From Octopus bimaculoides (Eukaryota): a stretch of DNA of 64,000 bases. Below are positions 1-12,270 of the stretch, piece by piece. Location of the stretch: NCBI RefSeq assembly GCF_001194135.2, contig NC_068982.1, positions 66,969,072 through 67,033,071 of the forward strand. The letters are read 5' to 3'. A program made the position numbers and the translations under genes. Below the pieces are notes generated by a model. It searched no databases. It was given only the letters and a program-made list of their open reading frames with translations, and had not been told where the DNA came from. Each line of letters starts with the position of its first letter. Positions within the stretch are counted from its first letter, which is position 1.

Positions 1-220
1 CCCTACAAATTTCTGCATCAACTTTCTTGTTTTCTCATGTTTTTTGATGTACCATCATCCTGATTTTCAAATAGAACCATGTGATCAGAGACCAAAGATT
101 GCTTGGAGACACAAGGCACATTATAAAAACCTACTTAGACATGTGTCTCCACAGCAAGAAACTATTAGTAACTCTTATCTTTATACTGTGCACATTAAAT
201 GATATATAATATATATACTT

Positions 221-398
221 AAGCACCCACTACACTCTCGGAGTGGTTGGCGTTAGGAAGGGCATCCAGCTGTAGAAACTCTGCCAGATCAGATTGGAGC
301 CTGGTGCAGCCATCTGGTTTGCCAGTCCTCAGTCAAATTGTCCAACCCATGCTAGCATGGAAAGCGGATGTTAAACAATGATGATGATGATGATGATA
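221..398 (+). mobile_element. Family A: RTE-type (Expander/Rex3-like) LINE 3' UTR or derived SINE with (GAT)n tail
   Basis: ggttggcgttaggaagggcatccagctgtagaaac...ccatgctagcatggaaagcggatgttaaac then (gat)n. More than 20 related copies in the window on both strands (e.g. 5655-5840, 25590-25730, 31585-31800, 38700-38880, 44370-44670, 45440-45660, 51440-51680, 53720-53900). RTE assignment is from recalled 3' UTR similarity. Confidence 0.8.
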
Positions 399-453
399 TC
401 ATTGTAATACTTGTATTATATTATAGTAGATATCTAAATCAAACACAAACATG

Positions 454-484
<31 letters not shown>

Positions 485-559
485 AGTAATGTTTATGGTT
501 CAACAAATACTCATTTACAACAGTAACCTGTGCCAACTTTTCTCACTTAAATTATTAAT

Positions 560-1260
560 TCAACAGGTCTCTGTCTTTGAAAACATCACGATTATATCTC
601 AATTCTTCCCTCACTAGCCAACTTTATATACATATCAGTCAAACAATATCTGCATCATTGATACACTTGACATCTCTCACTTGCAGGGTTTTCTTTATAA
701 GAGCCAGTATTCTATCAGATAGCATAGACCTGTCCTTTTGGAGCACTGTAAATTTTAGATGCTCCATAGGGGTAGGTACCTTCTCATGAAGTAATACTAG
801 TCATTTGGTTGACTTCTATCCATGAAACATTTTTTTTTGTTCCGTTTTACATTTTTTTGTTTTTGTGTATGACTTTCCATTCTATTCCAGTTTCCCTATT
901 CTCCTCATTGTCTTGTAACAATAATATGATACAGCTAGTCATGGCCTCTGGCTAACTCTTTTCTGGGAGAGGAGCTACCTTGGCTTCTTCATCAGGCCCT
1001 GGCACAAGGACAAGGCTATTTCTTCCACTATATCTTTCCACACAGCTGCAACTTGTAGTGCTATAAAAACAGCCATTGGGATATCTGCAGTCATACTGCT
1101 GCATCTGTTGTCCTCCACCCTCTTTCTTCTTTTGCTCTTCTTCCTCTTCTTTTCTTCCTCTTCTGAGCATAAAACCTCAAGTAGCTCTTACACATAGCAA
1201 CTGGACTCCCCACTCTGCACCACCAGTTTGCTTGCATTCCTCTCAGCTCCTATGATGGGA
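560..1260 (-). pseudogene. Decayed LINE: APE endonuclease fragment with possible ORF1 end upstream
   Basis: Minus-strand 560-840 reads LVLLHE...FTVLQKDRS...ILALIKKTLQVRDVKCINDADIV*LICI, resembling APE motifs (LLQE...RKDR...GG-LILIK). The 950-1260 purine-rich part is assigned only by position. Confidence 0.45.
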
Positions 1261-1867
1261 TGAGTGGAGGTATGTAACTTAGAGGTTAGGATGTTGAATT
1301 TGTGATCATAAGATTGTGGTTTCAATTCTTGGACCAGGCAATGCATTGTATTCTTGAGTAAAACATTTCATTTCACATTGCTCCAGTCCACTCAGCTGGC
1401 AAAAATGAGAAGTACCTGCATTTTGGGAACCACTGGTTTACAATGCCAAAATATATACATAAATTAATAATTATTTATTTATCAATTAATTTTTGTGTTG
1501 TAAACACTGCAAAATAGTTGAGTTAAATAAATAAAAATGTTTAAGTTACATAAATGTGTTTAAATATGTAGCTTTTCTCTAACTCACATAATAGTAACAA
1601 GAAAAACAAAACAAAACAAAAAAAAAAACAAATATGAACTCCTTTTCCATCAAGTAAACAATGGTAAACACAATTTTCTCTAGAACTCAGCTAAAAATGT
1701 CTGCTCAGCACAAATAAACAACAGTAATCATGGTGACAACAGCAATGATTTCATACATAGACATGTTCAAGGCCACAATTTGAAAGAAATAGTATACTTG
1801 GTGAAATCAAATCCCAGTGTATGACAAATTCTGGTGGGAAGGGATCTAATCAATTATATCAATCTTA

Positions 1868-2105
1868 TTTCTTTATTGCCCACAAGGGGCTAAACATAGA
1901 GAGGACAAACAAGGACAGACAAAGGGATTAAGTCGATTACATCGACCTCAGTGCGTAACTGGTACTTAATTTATCAACCCCGAAAGGATGAAAGGCAAAG
2001 TCGACCTCGGCGGAATTTGAACTCAGAACGTAGCGGCAGATGAAATACCGTTAAGCATTTCGCCCGGTGTGCTAACGTTTCTGCCAGCTCACCACCTTTT
2101 ATATC
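1868..2105 (-). mobile_element. Family B tRNA-derived SINE, full length, 20-bp TSD
   Basis: Head ggtggtgagctggcagaaacgttagc...gttctgagttcaaattcc, central gcctttcatcctttcggg, tail gggcaataaagaaat. TSD aatcaattatatcaatctta at 1848-1867 and 2106-2125. Inserted in an older B-like copy. Confidence 0.9.
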
Positions 2106-2184
2106 AATCAATTATATCAATCTTAGTACCTGATTAATCCTTATGTTTTATCAACACCTCAAAAGCATAAAAAGCATCAGCTAC

Positions 2185-2558
2185 AAAGTCAAGTGGCACT
2201 GCCCATAATGCAGAGGTGAGGAAAATAAATAAATACAGGGGGCTGACCAACCACTATCAGTTTGTGCCAGTCACCACCAAGACATCAAGTATTCTAGGAC
2301 CCTGTACTACCAATTTCCTCCACAAAATAGGGATGATGACAGCCCATCGGAGAAATAAGCCCTACGAAGTGCAATGGCTGCTGCAGTGAATATCACTGGC
2401 CATTCTACATGACAATGCCATCGCAGTCATTACTGTGGGGCGTGGCTGAGCATACCATTTGTTCTGGGGTATGTGGTCCATTGCTCCCTCCCATGCTATG
2501 TTCTGCTGCTTTAATCATCTCTTTTTTCTTTTGTATTTAAATGTTATAAATAAATAAA
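2185..2558 (+). pseudogene. 3' fragment of a CRE-like non-LTR retrotransposon (restriction-like endonuclease C-terminus)
   Basis: NAEVRKINKYRGLTNHYQFVPVTTKTSSILGPCTTNFLHKIG...QWLLQ*ISLAILHDNAIAVI matches the E-RK--KY...F-P-A-ET-G-LG...RISLAI-RGNA pattern. Ends in aaataaataaa. Confidence 0.7.
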
Positions 2559-3008
2559 GTGATCACTTCAAAGGCAAAGTTGGATTTGAACTCAGCTGGA
2601 TTTGAACTCAGAATGCAAAGGAATGTAATGAAATACCACAAAGCATATTTGTCCACTGTTTTTTCCAAGTCTGTTATCCAATGAATTTCTAACATGCACA
2701 AGGTCACAGACCTTTGGAGTGGGTCACTGGTATATCAATTATCTTGGTCTCAGTTTTTGCCTAGTACTTGAAATCAAGGTTGAACTTAAATTGTTTCTAA
2801 TTTAGGCAGAAAGCTAACATTTTTCAGTGGAAGGGGTTAATCAATGCCATACACTCCAAGATTTGACTGATACTTTATTTTATCAACTCCCAAAAGAGAT
2901 GAAAGACAAATTTGACATTGATGGTATCTGAATTCAGAACCTGAACAGTCAGAAGAAATACCACAAAGTATTTTTACCAATGCTCTTGTGATTCTGCCAG
3001 CTCATCAT

Positions 3009-3044
<36 letters not shown>

Positions 3045-3435
3045 CCTTTCTATTAAAGGCACAAGGCCTGAAATTTGAGGGGAGAGGACTAGTTGATTAC
3101 ATCAACCCCAGTGTTTCACTGGTACTTAATTTATTGACCTTGAAAGGATGATAAGCAAAGTCAACCCCGATGGAATTTTTTAATAATGATGATGATGATG
3201 ATGATGATACTGGTTTCAAATTTTAGCACATGGCCAATAATTTCAGGGAAGGGGTAAGTCGATTACATCCCCTCCCCCCAATGCTTAACTGGTACATATT
3301 TTATCGATCTCAGAAGAATGAAAGGCAAAGTCAGCCTCAACAGAATTTGAACTCAGAACACAGTGATGATTGAAATGAGGCTAATCATTTTACCCAGCAT
3401 GCTAATGATTCTGCCAGCTGGTCAATAATAATAAC

Positions 3436-3491
<56 letters not shown>

Positions 3492-3776
3492 TTTATGAAA
3501 ATTGATGTAACTCTTCAAAAAGGTAAATAAGCAATAAGAAAAGTGTCTGTCTTCCTTCGGTTCAGATTGGAAAATGAAAAAAAGACAAAAATGCGGAAAT
3601 ATAGACATCTAAAATATGAATGAGAATATCCTGCATTCCTTTTTAGACAAAATGACAGTATTAGTTTTTCATAAGTGGTAACAAAGGAAAAAAAAAAGGA
3701 AAAAAAAAAAAAAAAAAGAAAACAAGAAAGGGAACTCAGTCAAACAGTTTTGAGTAAATGTGATGAAATTCGCCTG

Positions 3777-4195
3777 TCATTTTATATTCATTCCTCCAGG
3801 GAGTGACGTTAGAAATTCACAAATATATTTATCCTTATGCATTTTGAGTGCTGAAAGTGCAGTAGTGTCAGAATATTTTCTGAGAATGTGCTCTTTCAAG
3901 TGTTCCCCAAAATTACAGCTATTTGATGTAAAATGTTTGGCAAGTACTGTTGAACTACTGCTATTGTGCCTGACGTCAAACCTACACCCACTGGATCTTT
4001 TATTGAATTGCTCTGTTGTGCAACCAACATAAATCCAGTTGTGTTTGATGCATTCCACTGCATACAGCAAATAAGAATCTTTTATATGTCCTATCTTCTG
4101 TATAAATCTGAACATATGTTACAATTTGTGATGGAATTGACTTGACTCATATTGTTGCACAATGAACAGGGCTTACCATTCTGCAAATTGGATGT
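3777..4195 (-). pseudogene. Penelope-like element, GIY-YIG endonuclease fragment
   Basis: ORF 3777..4115 LLYAVECIKHNWIYVGCTTEQFNKRSSGCRFDVRH...LAKHF...GGMN, preceded in another frame by the CxxC linker GKPCSLCNNM. Confidence 0.75.
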
Positions 4196-4395
4196 AATGG
4201 AAGCAGTTTTTAAAAAAAACTTTTTATGTATTTTTAGAAGACCATAAAATACAGCTGTTCTTAACTGGTACTTCATTCCACTGACTGCGAAAGATTGAAA
4301 GGCAAAGATGACCTTGGTGGAATTTGAACTCAGAACATAGAAGTATGAAAGATATACCACAAAGTATTTTGTCTGACATGCTGACAATTCTTTCA

Positions 4396-4775
4396 ATAAT
4401 GATGATTTTTATAATGATGATGGTGGTGGTGATAATGATGATGATGATGATGATGACAATGATGACAATGGTGATGATGATGATGACGATGGTGATGATG
4501 ATGATGATTTCTTTTATTTGCCACATGGATGTCTGATGAGGACAACATTACAAGGATAAGTTACAATTTGTGTGGAGATTTACATGAAAGCAATGAGAGG
4601 AAAAAAATGATGACGACAGTTGTGATGGTGATAACGGCATTACTGGTGGTGGTGTGGCAACGGCAGTAGTGGTAGTAGAATGATGGTGGTGACGGTGGTG
4701 GTAATGATGATGATGATGACTATGATGATTACAGTGATAGAGGTGGTGTTGGCATTGGTGGTGACAATGATTAAT
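4396..4775. repeat. (GAT/GGT)n low-complexity tract
   Basis: Mixed atg/gtg/gat triplets; source of the spurious poly-M and poly-I ORFs. Confidence 0.9.
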
Positions 4776-5563
4776 GTCACATCAGTTCTGAACAAAATCC
4801 TGTTGCCAAAGCTGTGTCTTCAGGGGTTAGTGTTAATTATAATATATAGCAGATAAACCAGCTTATTTAACTCAGACCCAAACTGTGAGAACAAGTATTA
4901 AAGAATATTCTCATGTTATACATGATTAAACTTCTATAAAATAATTGAAGTTCAATTTTTTTACATTTGCACATTTCAAGCAAAATTGTACAGGAAAATT
5001 AACAAAACGAAAAATAAAATCAATAGGCACAAGCATGGCTGTATGGTTAAGAAGCTGGTTTTGCAACCACATAGTTTTGAGTTCAATCACAATGTTCAAC
5101 ATCTTGGGCAAATGTCTTCTACTCTAGCCCAAAGTTGATCAATGCTTTGTGAATGAATTCAGTAGATGGAAACTGTGTAGAAGCCCATCGTCATCATTAT
5201 CACCATTGCCATTGTCATCATCATCATTTAATGTCCATTTTCCATGATGGCCTGGATTGGATGGTTTGATAGGAGCTGGCAAGTCACAAGACTGCGCCAA
5301 GCTCTGTTGTCTGCTTTGACATGGTTTTTACAGATGGATGCCCTTTCTAACACCAAACACTTTACAGAGTGTACTGGATGGTTTTTATGTGGCACCAGCA
5401 GCAGTGAAGTCACCTACTAATTTACAAAACAAGACTACTCAACTGTGGAGGGAAGTAAGTTTGAGGAAGGTGGCTTTGTACTGGATGAGAGATTAGACTA
5501 TGAATAGAGATATAGAAATAGACATATTGTGCAGCCCATGCTAGCATGAAAAATGGACATTAA

Positions 5564-5601
<38 letters not shown>

Positions 5602-6295
5602 ATATATGTATGTGTTTGTGTGTGTGTATCTATGTATGTGTGTGTGCTTGTGCCACATAAAAAGCACTAAGTCCACTTTGCTGAGTGGTTGCTATTAGGA
5701 AGGGCATCCAGCTGTAAAAATCCTGCCAAAATAGTCACAGAAATCTGGTGCAGGCTTTGGGCTGGCCGGTTCTTGTGGTACCATCTGACCCATGCTAGCA
5801 TGGAACATGGATGTTAAATGATGATGATGATGATGATAATGATATATATATATATANNNNNNNNNNNNNNNNNNNNNNNNNNNNNNNNNNNNNNNNNNNN
5901 NNNNNNNNNNNNNNNNNNNNNNNNNNNNNNNNNNNNNNNTATATATCAGCTTCTAATCTGATTTGACATAGCTTTTACAGCTAGATGTCCTTCCAAACAC
6001 CAACCACACAAAGAGTGTAATGGGTGCTTTTTATGTGCCAGTTTTTAAGGCATTATTGACCACAACTATGATTTCACTTGGCTTGAGGAGTCTTCTTAAG
6101 TTTCACTTGGTTTGATGAATATGTGTGTGCATGTGTCTTTATATATATTCATATTAGTACGTATGTACATGTATGTGTATGTGTGTGTGTACGTGTCTGA
6201 CTTTGTTACCCCCACACACTCACACATACACACAATTGATTGACAACTGGTGTTGGCTGGTTTATATCATCATAATCGAAATCGTAGTCCTGGCT

Positions 6296-6578
6296 AGTGC
6301 TACCTGACCGGCACCCATGCTGGTGGCACACAATAAGCACCCTTTGAGCATTGGGTCAATGTCAGTTCCACCTGACTGGCTCCTGTGCCAGTGGAACGTA
6401 AAAAGCACCCACTACGCTTTCAGAGTTGTTAGCATTAGGAGGGGCATCCAGCTGTAGAAACCTTGCCAGATCAGATTGGAGCCTGGTGCAGCCTCCTGAC
6501 TTGCCAGTTTTCAGTCAAACCGTCCAACCCACACCAGCATGGAAAGCAGACGTTAAACAATGATGATGATGATGATGA
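6296..6578 (+). mobile_element. Family A copy nested in a Family E SINE
   Basis: E sequence (tgacaactggtgttggc...) stops near 6275 and resumes at ~6580 (ggttggcaaaagagacc...aataagtacc) after the (gat)n tail. Confidence 0.75.
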
Positions 6579-7748
6579 TTAGTGGGTTGGCAAAAGAGAC
6601 CAAAAGAATAAGTACCAGACTTTAAAATAATAAGTACTGGGGTCAATTTGTTTGGCTGAACCCTTCAAAGTGGTGCTCTAGCATGGTTGCACTCAATGAT
6701 TGAAACAAGTAAAAGGTAAAAGCAATACTCACTCTTCTCTAAACATCTTTAAACAGCTTTTTTTTTAAAATTATTTTATTTCCAAACAAAATGTTTTTTT
6801 TTTTTTTCCATTTACATATATTCTTCTATTGTTACCAAACTTACCACACAACTATCACAGATCTATCTATCTCAAGTTTGTACCAATTTGAACTTAGGGT
6901 GATTCCAACATATGGCTGGACAAACCTGTTTAACTGATGCTGATGAGCAAATGACCAACTGTAAGAAATTATCACAGAGGTGAAAGCATGGCTGGGTGAT
7001 TGAGAAGTTTGCTTTCCAGCCTCATGATTTCAGGTTCAGTCCTACAGTATGACACCAAGGGCAAGTGTCTCCTACTATAGCCTTCAGGCCACTCAAAGCC
7101 CTGTGAGTCAATTTGGTAAACAAAAACTAAGAGAAGTCCATTGTCGTCGTCGTCATTTTAATGACCACTTTTCCATGCTTACTTGGGGAAGGGTGAAATC
7201 TATTGAGGCAGACTTTCTACAATCCAATGCCCTACCTGTCTCCAACTCTTATCTGTTTCCGAGCAAAGCAATATTTCTCCTTGGCCAGATATGTTTGGGC
7301 AGAATAATGGAAATTAATTATTTTCATTTACAACAATCTCATGCAGCCATAGATAAAAAAAATAAATATGTATGTATGTGTGCAGGCAAGTATGTATGCT
7401 TGTGTCTCTTTTATTGTGGCATCACACTATAGATATAAGTGAGCATGACTAACATATAAGCAGTGTTCCTCATTTCCAATCTCCTAGGAAAATATAGGGA
7501 AATACTATCTCACCTGGAAATGGGGAGGGCTAGCAAAAGGAAGGGCATTCAGCTGTAGAAAATCCACTTCAAGTAATATGTCTGACCCATACAAATATAG
7601 AAAAGTAGATATTAAAACAAAGATGATGATGATGATGATGATGATGATGGTTATACATTAAGGTATAGACAGAGTCCCATATTTGAATATATTATTGAAG
7701 CTATTTGTGTATCATTTTTAAAGAAGTAGAGTATGGCAGGGACAATAT

Positions 7749-7924
7749 TCATGATCTTTGAAGGCTTTCCCAGGCTGCTGAGAATGATGCAGCTTTTAGT
7801 TTATTTAATTTTCTTTTAGCTGCTGAGTCTGGAAGAAAGGGGCTGACCACACAACATTTTAGGCTTTCCAACTTTATACTTTTAATGTTTGTGGTGCCCA
7901 CTCTGAAGAGCTGCAGATCAATAT
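7749..7924 (-). CDS. Candidate terminal coding exon E
   Basis: Strong pyrimidine tract ttctctcccctcccatgctcttttggtag. Phase-1 frame IDLQLFRVGTTNIKSIKLESLKCCVVSPFLPDSAAKRKLNKLKAASFSAAWESLQRS* (ORF track 7749..7931). Confidence 0.38.
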
Positions 7925-8692
7925 CTACCAAAAGAGCATGGGAGGGGAGAGAACCAATGGTCTGGAAGTAAAGACCAGGTATTGTTGTTGTTGTTGTTGT
8001 TGTTTAGCTTCAAGTTAGGCTTGATTGAGCAGAGTATCCCTTCCACAATCAAACTTTTTTCTTTCCGGGCAGCTGACTACATTATCCAATATATATTTCA
8101 TTTTCTTTTAAGACAGTAAGGTGTAATTTGAAGGCAATTTGGCTGCTATTTCTAGTAGTCCAAGCAACCTGACTTTCTAGAAGATCTTTAACTAGTTTAT
8201 GATAGTATTGGTAGGCCTAACCCTCCAAATTGTCTAATCAATGAAATTTCCAGTCATACAAAGAGTATAAATAACAATCATTGACACTAGAACAATCCAT
8301 ATTTACAAATACGTTCAACTGAAACAAAGGAATATTTGGGATTAAATTTACTACATAAATGACTACTCTCTGAATATAACTATCCCAGGTAACTCAGGGG
8401 GATGGTCATTATGCTAATAATAAACATATGCACTTGTTCTATTTAACTTCTGATTGTTTGATTAAAGAAACAATCAATTAGTTATTTGATTAATACTTAA
8501 CAAATTAACTAATAATAATAATAATAATAATAATAAAAGAAGTTAAATACAATCAGTGCATGTGTTTATTATTGGCAGAATTACTTTCTCAAGATACAAC
8601 GGAATCTGTTTCAAACCAAATACAAACATGAAATATTCTAATATATTTAAAAAGAAGCTTTTGTGGGGTATACAAAATATATAGATGTAAAG

Positions 8693-9030
8693 GATAAAAA
8701 CCCCCTTTGGTCATGAGTGACCATAGGATTGCACCTAGGAAGTTTCCCTCCAAGGCACAAGTCTGGGCAAAGTTGTTTATGGAAGACCAGCAGTCACCTG
8801 TGCATACCAGCCTCCCCTCTCCATGCCATCGATGTTATCCAAGGGAAAGGCAAAGGCTGATACAGCTTTGTACTAGTGACATTACAATTCATTTCTATAG
8901 CTGAGTGAACTGGAGCAATGTGAAATAAAGGGTCTTGATCAAGAACACAACACACAGCCCAGTCCAGGAATCAAACCCACTATCTCAGAATTGTGAGCCT
9001 AACACACTAACCACTGAGCTATGTACCTTC
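8693..9030 (-). mobile_element. tRNA-head CORE-type SINE, tail variant T4
   Basis: Minus head tagctcagtggttagtgtg...gggtttgattcc, then tgtgttcttgatcaagaccctttatttcacattgctccagttcactcagct. Confidence 0.75.
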
Positions 9031-9094
9031 ATATAGATGTAGACAATGAGAAAACAGTCATTATATTAGCAATTTATGGTGTAAGTATACACAC

Positions 9095-9158
9095 TTTGTA
9101 TCTTTGACCCTGGAACATACACAGTCCCATGTGTTGAAGTGGAAAAGTACCCAGTGTA
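9095..9158 (-). CDS. Candidate exon D (64 nt, phase 0 to 1)
   Basis: Acceptor gaatttag and a weak donor AAA|gtgtgt. Reads YTGYFSTSTHGTVYVPGSKIQ; chosen because it links C and E in phase. Confidence 0.22.
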
Positions 9159-9408
9159 CTAAATTCAACATTTACGATCCACTTTCATCCTACTTAGCCA
9201 ACATTACTTTTTCTCAAGTGTTAATGAAAAATACAGTAAAGGAATTTCAGTAAATTATTTTTATATCTTTATGGAATTTAGAATCTCTGATTTGCAATCT
9301 GAGATCAAATTGGCAACACTGACCTACAACTGGTCACAGTTGACCTCTTATGTTTCTAGACGTTCAGCTTTAATGAAGAGGAAATGACAGTCATCGTAAA
9401 ACCCAACA

Positions 9409-9731
9409 TAAGAAGGAAGGTAAGATAAAAGGTCAGAGAAAACCTGTGAGAGTTCTACGTTTCAAGAAAGATTATGATCGGATTATGCAATCCAGACAAG
9501 CAAGGTAAGATTTCTAAGTCTTCACTTCAACAGAGATTTCTAAAAAATCACCGGAGTGTTGATTCAAAAACTTTTTATTTACATCATATTACATGTAATT
9601 TTTTAGAAATCTCTGTTGAAGTGAAGACTTAAAAATTTTACTTTGTCTGGATTGCATAATCCAACCAAAATCTTTGCTGAAACACAGAATTCTCACTGGT
9701 TTTCTCTCAATTTATCTTACCTTCCATCTTA
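9409..9731. mobile_element. Foldback/MITE-like palindrome 1 (~135-bp arms)
   Basis: Left arm 9409-9548 (taagaaggaaggtaagata...cttcaacagagatttctaaaaaat) is the reverse complement of 9598-9731 with few indels. ~50-bp spacer, TA at both ends. Confidence 0.8.
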
Positions 9732-9756
9732 AGTTTTATATATATATATATATATC

Positions 9757-9818
9757 AATAATAATAATAATCCTTGGATGGAATTTATAAATTTCATCCA
9801 AGGATTATTATTATTATT
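9757..9818. repeat. 62-bp near-perfect palindrome
   Basis: (aat)n-ccttggatg-g-aatttataaatt-t-catccaagg-(att)n, with a single G/T mismatch. Confidence 0.9.
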
Positions 9819-9890
9819 ATTATTACTATATTTATCCTACATTATATCAGCACAGCTCAGTGTGGCTCCAAAAAACTGGTATCGCCAGTT

Positions 9891-9926
9891 GACATCATTG
9901 GTCTGTAGGACATCATTGGTCTGTAG
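9891..9926. repeat. Perfect 18-bp tandem duplication
   Basis: gacatcattggtctgtag x2, preceded by the hairpin aactgg-tatcg-ccagtt. Confidence 0.9.
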
Positions 9927-9959
9927 GAGCTTTTATATACATATTTAAAACTTTTCCCA

Positions 9960-10541
9960 NNNNNNNNNNNNNNNNNNNNNNNNNNNNNNNNNNNNNNNNN
10001 NNNNNNNNNNNNNNNNNNNNNNNNNNNNNNNNNNNNNNNNNNNNNNNNNNNNNNNNNNNNNNNNNNNNNNNNNNNNNNNNNNNNNNNNNNNNNNNNNNNN
10101 NNNNNNNNNNNNNNNNNNNNNNNNNNNNNNNNNNNNNNNNNNNNNNNNNNNNNNNNNNNNNNNNNNNNNNNNNNNNNNNNNNNNNNNNNNNNNNNNNNNN
10201 NNNNNNNNNNNNNNNNNNNNNNNNNNNNNNNNNNNNNNNNNNNNNNNNNNNNNNNNNNNNNNNNNNNNNNNNNNNNNNNNNNNNNNNNNNNNNNNNNNNN
10301 NNNNNNNNNNNNNNNNNNNNNNNNNNNNNNNNNNNNNNNNNNNNNNNNNNNNNNNNNNNNNNNNNNNNNNNNNNNNNNNNNNNNNNNNNNNNNNNNNNNN
10401 NNNNNNNNNNNNNNNNNNNNNNNNNNNNNNNNNNNNNNNNNNNNNNNNNNNNNNNNNNNNNNNNNNNNNNNNNNNNNNNNNNNNNNNNNNNNNNNNNNNN
10501 NNNNNNNNNNNNNNNNNNNNNNNNNNNNNNNNNNNNNNNNN
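9960..10541. other. Assembly gap (N run)
   Basis: Other gaps at 5857-5939, 24547-24627, 30375-30384, 35754-35831, 48210-48636, 49463-49768, 59607-59877. Most are flanked by microsatellites. Confidence 1.
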
Positions 10542-10585
<44 letters not shown>

Positions 10586-10650
10586 GCATGCGTGAACTGT
10601 CTAAGATACCATAAGTCAGAAAAAAGGTGCACTTGTATATCTGTCAATAC

Positions 10651-11000
10651 ATAACCTTATGCTCATCGGAGTTAGCTGATATAGAAAAAAATATGGCGAC
10701 TGCTCTCTATTGTTGGAGGTAGATTAACGCATGCAGTTTGCGGCTGCTGTGAAAAAGGGTTTGGAGATTAGGTTAGAAGTTATATCCCTTGGTTGGGTCC
10801 CCACAAACACTTGAAGATAACTTTTACCGGCCTTACAGCGTACCCAATCAAGGGATATGACTCCTAACCTAATCCCTGGCCATTTTTCATGACTTTGTCC
10901 ACAGCAGCTGCAAACCAGATGTGCTAATCCACCTCCGACAATAGAGAGCAGTCACTATATTCTGTTTCATATCGGCTAACTCTAATGAGTGTAAGATTAT
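10651..11000. mobile_element. Foldback/MITE-like palindrome 2 (~150-bp arms)
   Basis: 10651-10798 (ataaccttatgctcatcggagttagc...atcccttggttgggt) pairs with 10842-11000. One ~13-bp indel, mostly transition mismatches, 43-bp spacer. Unrelated in sequence to palindrome 1. Confidence 0.8.
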
Positions 11001-11934
11001 ATAATCGGACTGTTACCTAACACTCCATTGTATTCCTAGCATGAAACCAGCTGTGATGGATATATAATACTGTACATTTCGGATGATGATAATATATATA
11101 TATATACATACACACACACACACACACACATAAATGCACCTTGATATGCACATAAAAATAATGATATAGATCTCATTCTCTTCATTGTACATCAGTAGGG
11201 TGTGAGTCATTCTGTCAATAAATATTATACATACACTGATTATATCTCACTTCTTTACTTATTTGCCAATCTGAATTTTGAAGGTTATTTTCACTACTCA
11301 AGTGGTTGAGGACTTCACAAAATGAGCATCTGCAAAGCCCCTACAGCCAACCTCTATGAGCTAGCAGTGTGCATTCCAGCCTCTGGTCTAGAACTTATCC
11401 CCCACTTCCTCGTACTTTATGTGATTCTTCTCAATCATTTCCCCAACATACTCTTTCCAGAAACCCATAGATTCCAGCATGACCAGTTGCTAGTTGCCTA
11501 AGGTGATGATCATGACTGACTATCGTGATGTTGCTATCACGTGTTGTGGGAACTTCAGTTGCTTGCTCAGATCAATGTACATATAAATGAATGAATGAGA
11601 GACACAGAGTGAGGGACAGAGACAGAGTGATGGGCAGACAGAGAAAGAGAGAGTGCGATAGACAGAGACAGACAGATAGGGAGCAGGGTATCTTTAATAA
11701 AAATAGATAATTTTCTGAGAGACCAAATTGCTTGTCAGGGTTACTTTTCACAGTATAAAGCAGCTTACCTTGTCAAGATATTCAAGTAAGGTACAAAGGT
11801 TTAACACTTAAAATTAAACTGTTCAAATGCTTTGATTATTATATCGGAACAAAGTGTAATATTCCTCCAAGTGGAAATTCATGGAATATTTTTACTAGTC
11901 TTGCTTTTTAATGTTTGTTTTATCTTTTTTTTTT

Positions 11935-12270
11935 CCTTCTTTATCTTTTACCTTTTACTTGTTGCAGTCATTGGGCTGTGGTCATGTTGCCACATCGCAT
12001 TTAATTGAGCCCAGTACTTTTTCTTTAAGCCTGTATTCTATCAATATCTTCTGCCAAGCTATTTAGTTATAAGAAGGTAAACAAATCAACACCAATAGTC
12101 AATCGAGGTTGAGACACACACACACACACACATAAAATCCACTACTTACAGATTGACTCATGGCCTATGGCTATATAGAAGACACTTCTCCAAGGTGCCA
12201 TACAGTGGAACTGAACCCAGAACCATGTGGTTGGGAAGAAAATGTCTTCACACAGCCATGCCAGCACCTG
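11935..12270 (-). mobile_element. Family E composite SINE
   Basis: Matches the E consensus, including the internal (CA)n and cccagaaccatgtggttgggaag head on the minus strand. Confidence 0.75.

Noticed and set aside
11320-11500. Possible RTE-like 3' remnant (similar doubt for 45230-45420 and 53220-53660)
   Set aside because: GC-richer and TE-like, but no motif is clear enough to assign.
11769-11806. 38-nt minus exon candidate (V)LNLCTLLEYLDK with AAG|gtaagc donor
   Set aside because: Needs phase 1 whereas exon C ends in phase 0, so it would frameshift the chain. Kept in mind because LLEYL is BTB-like.
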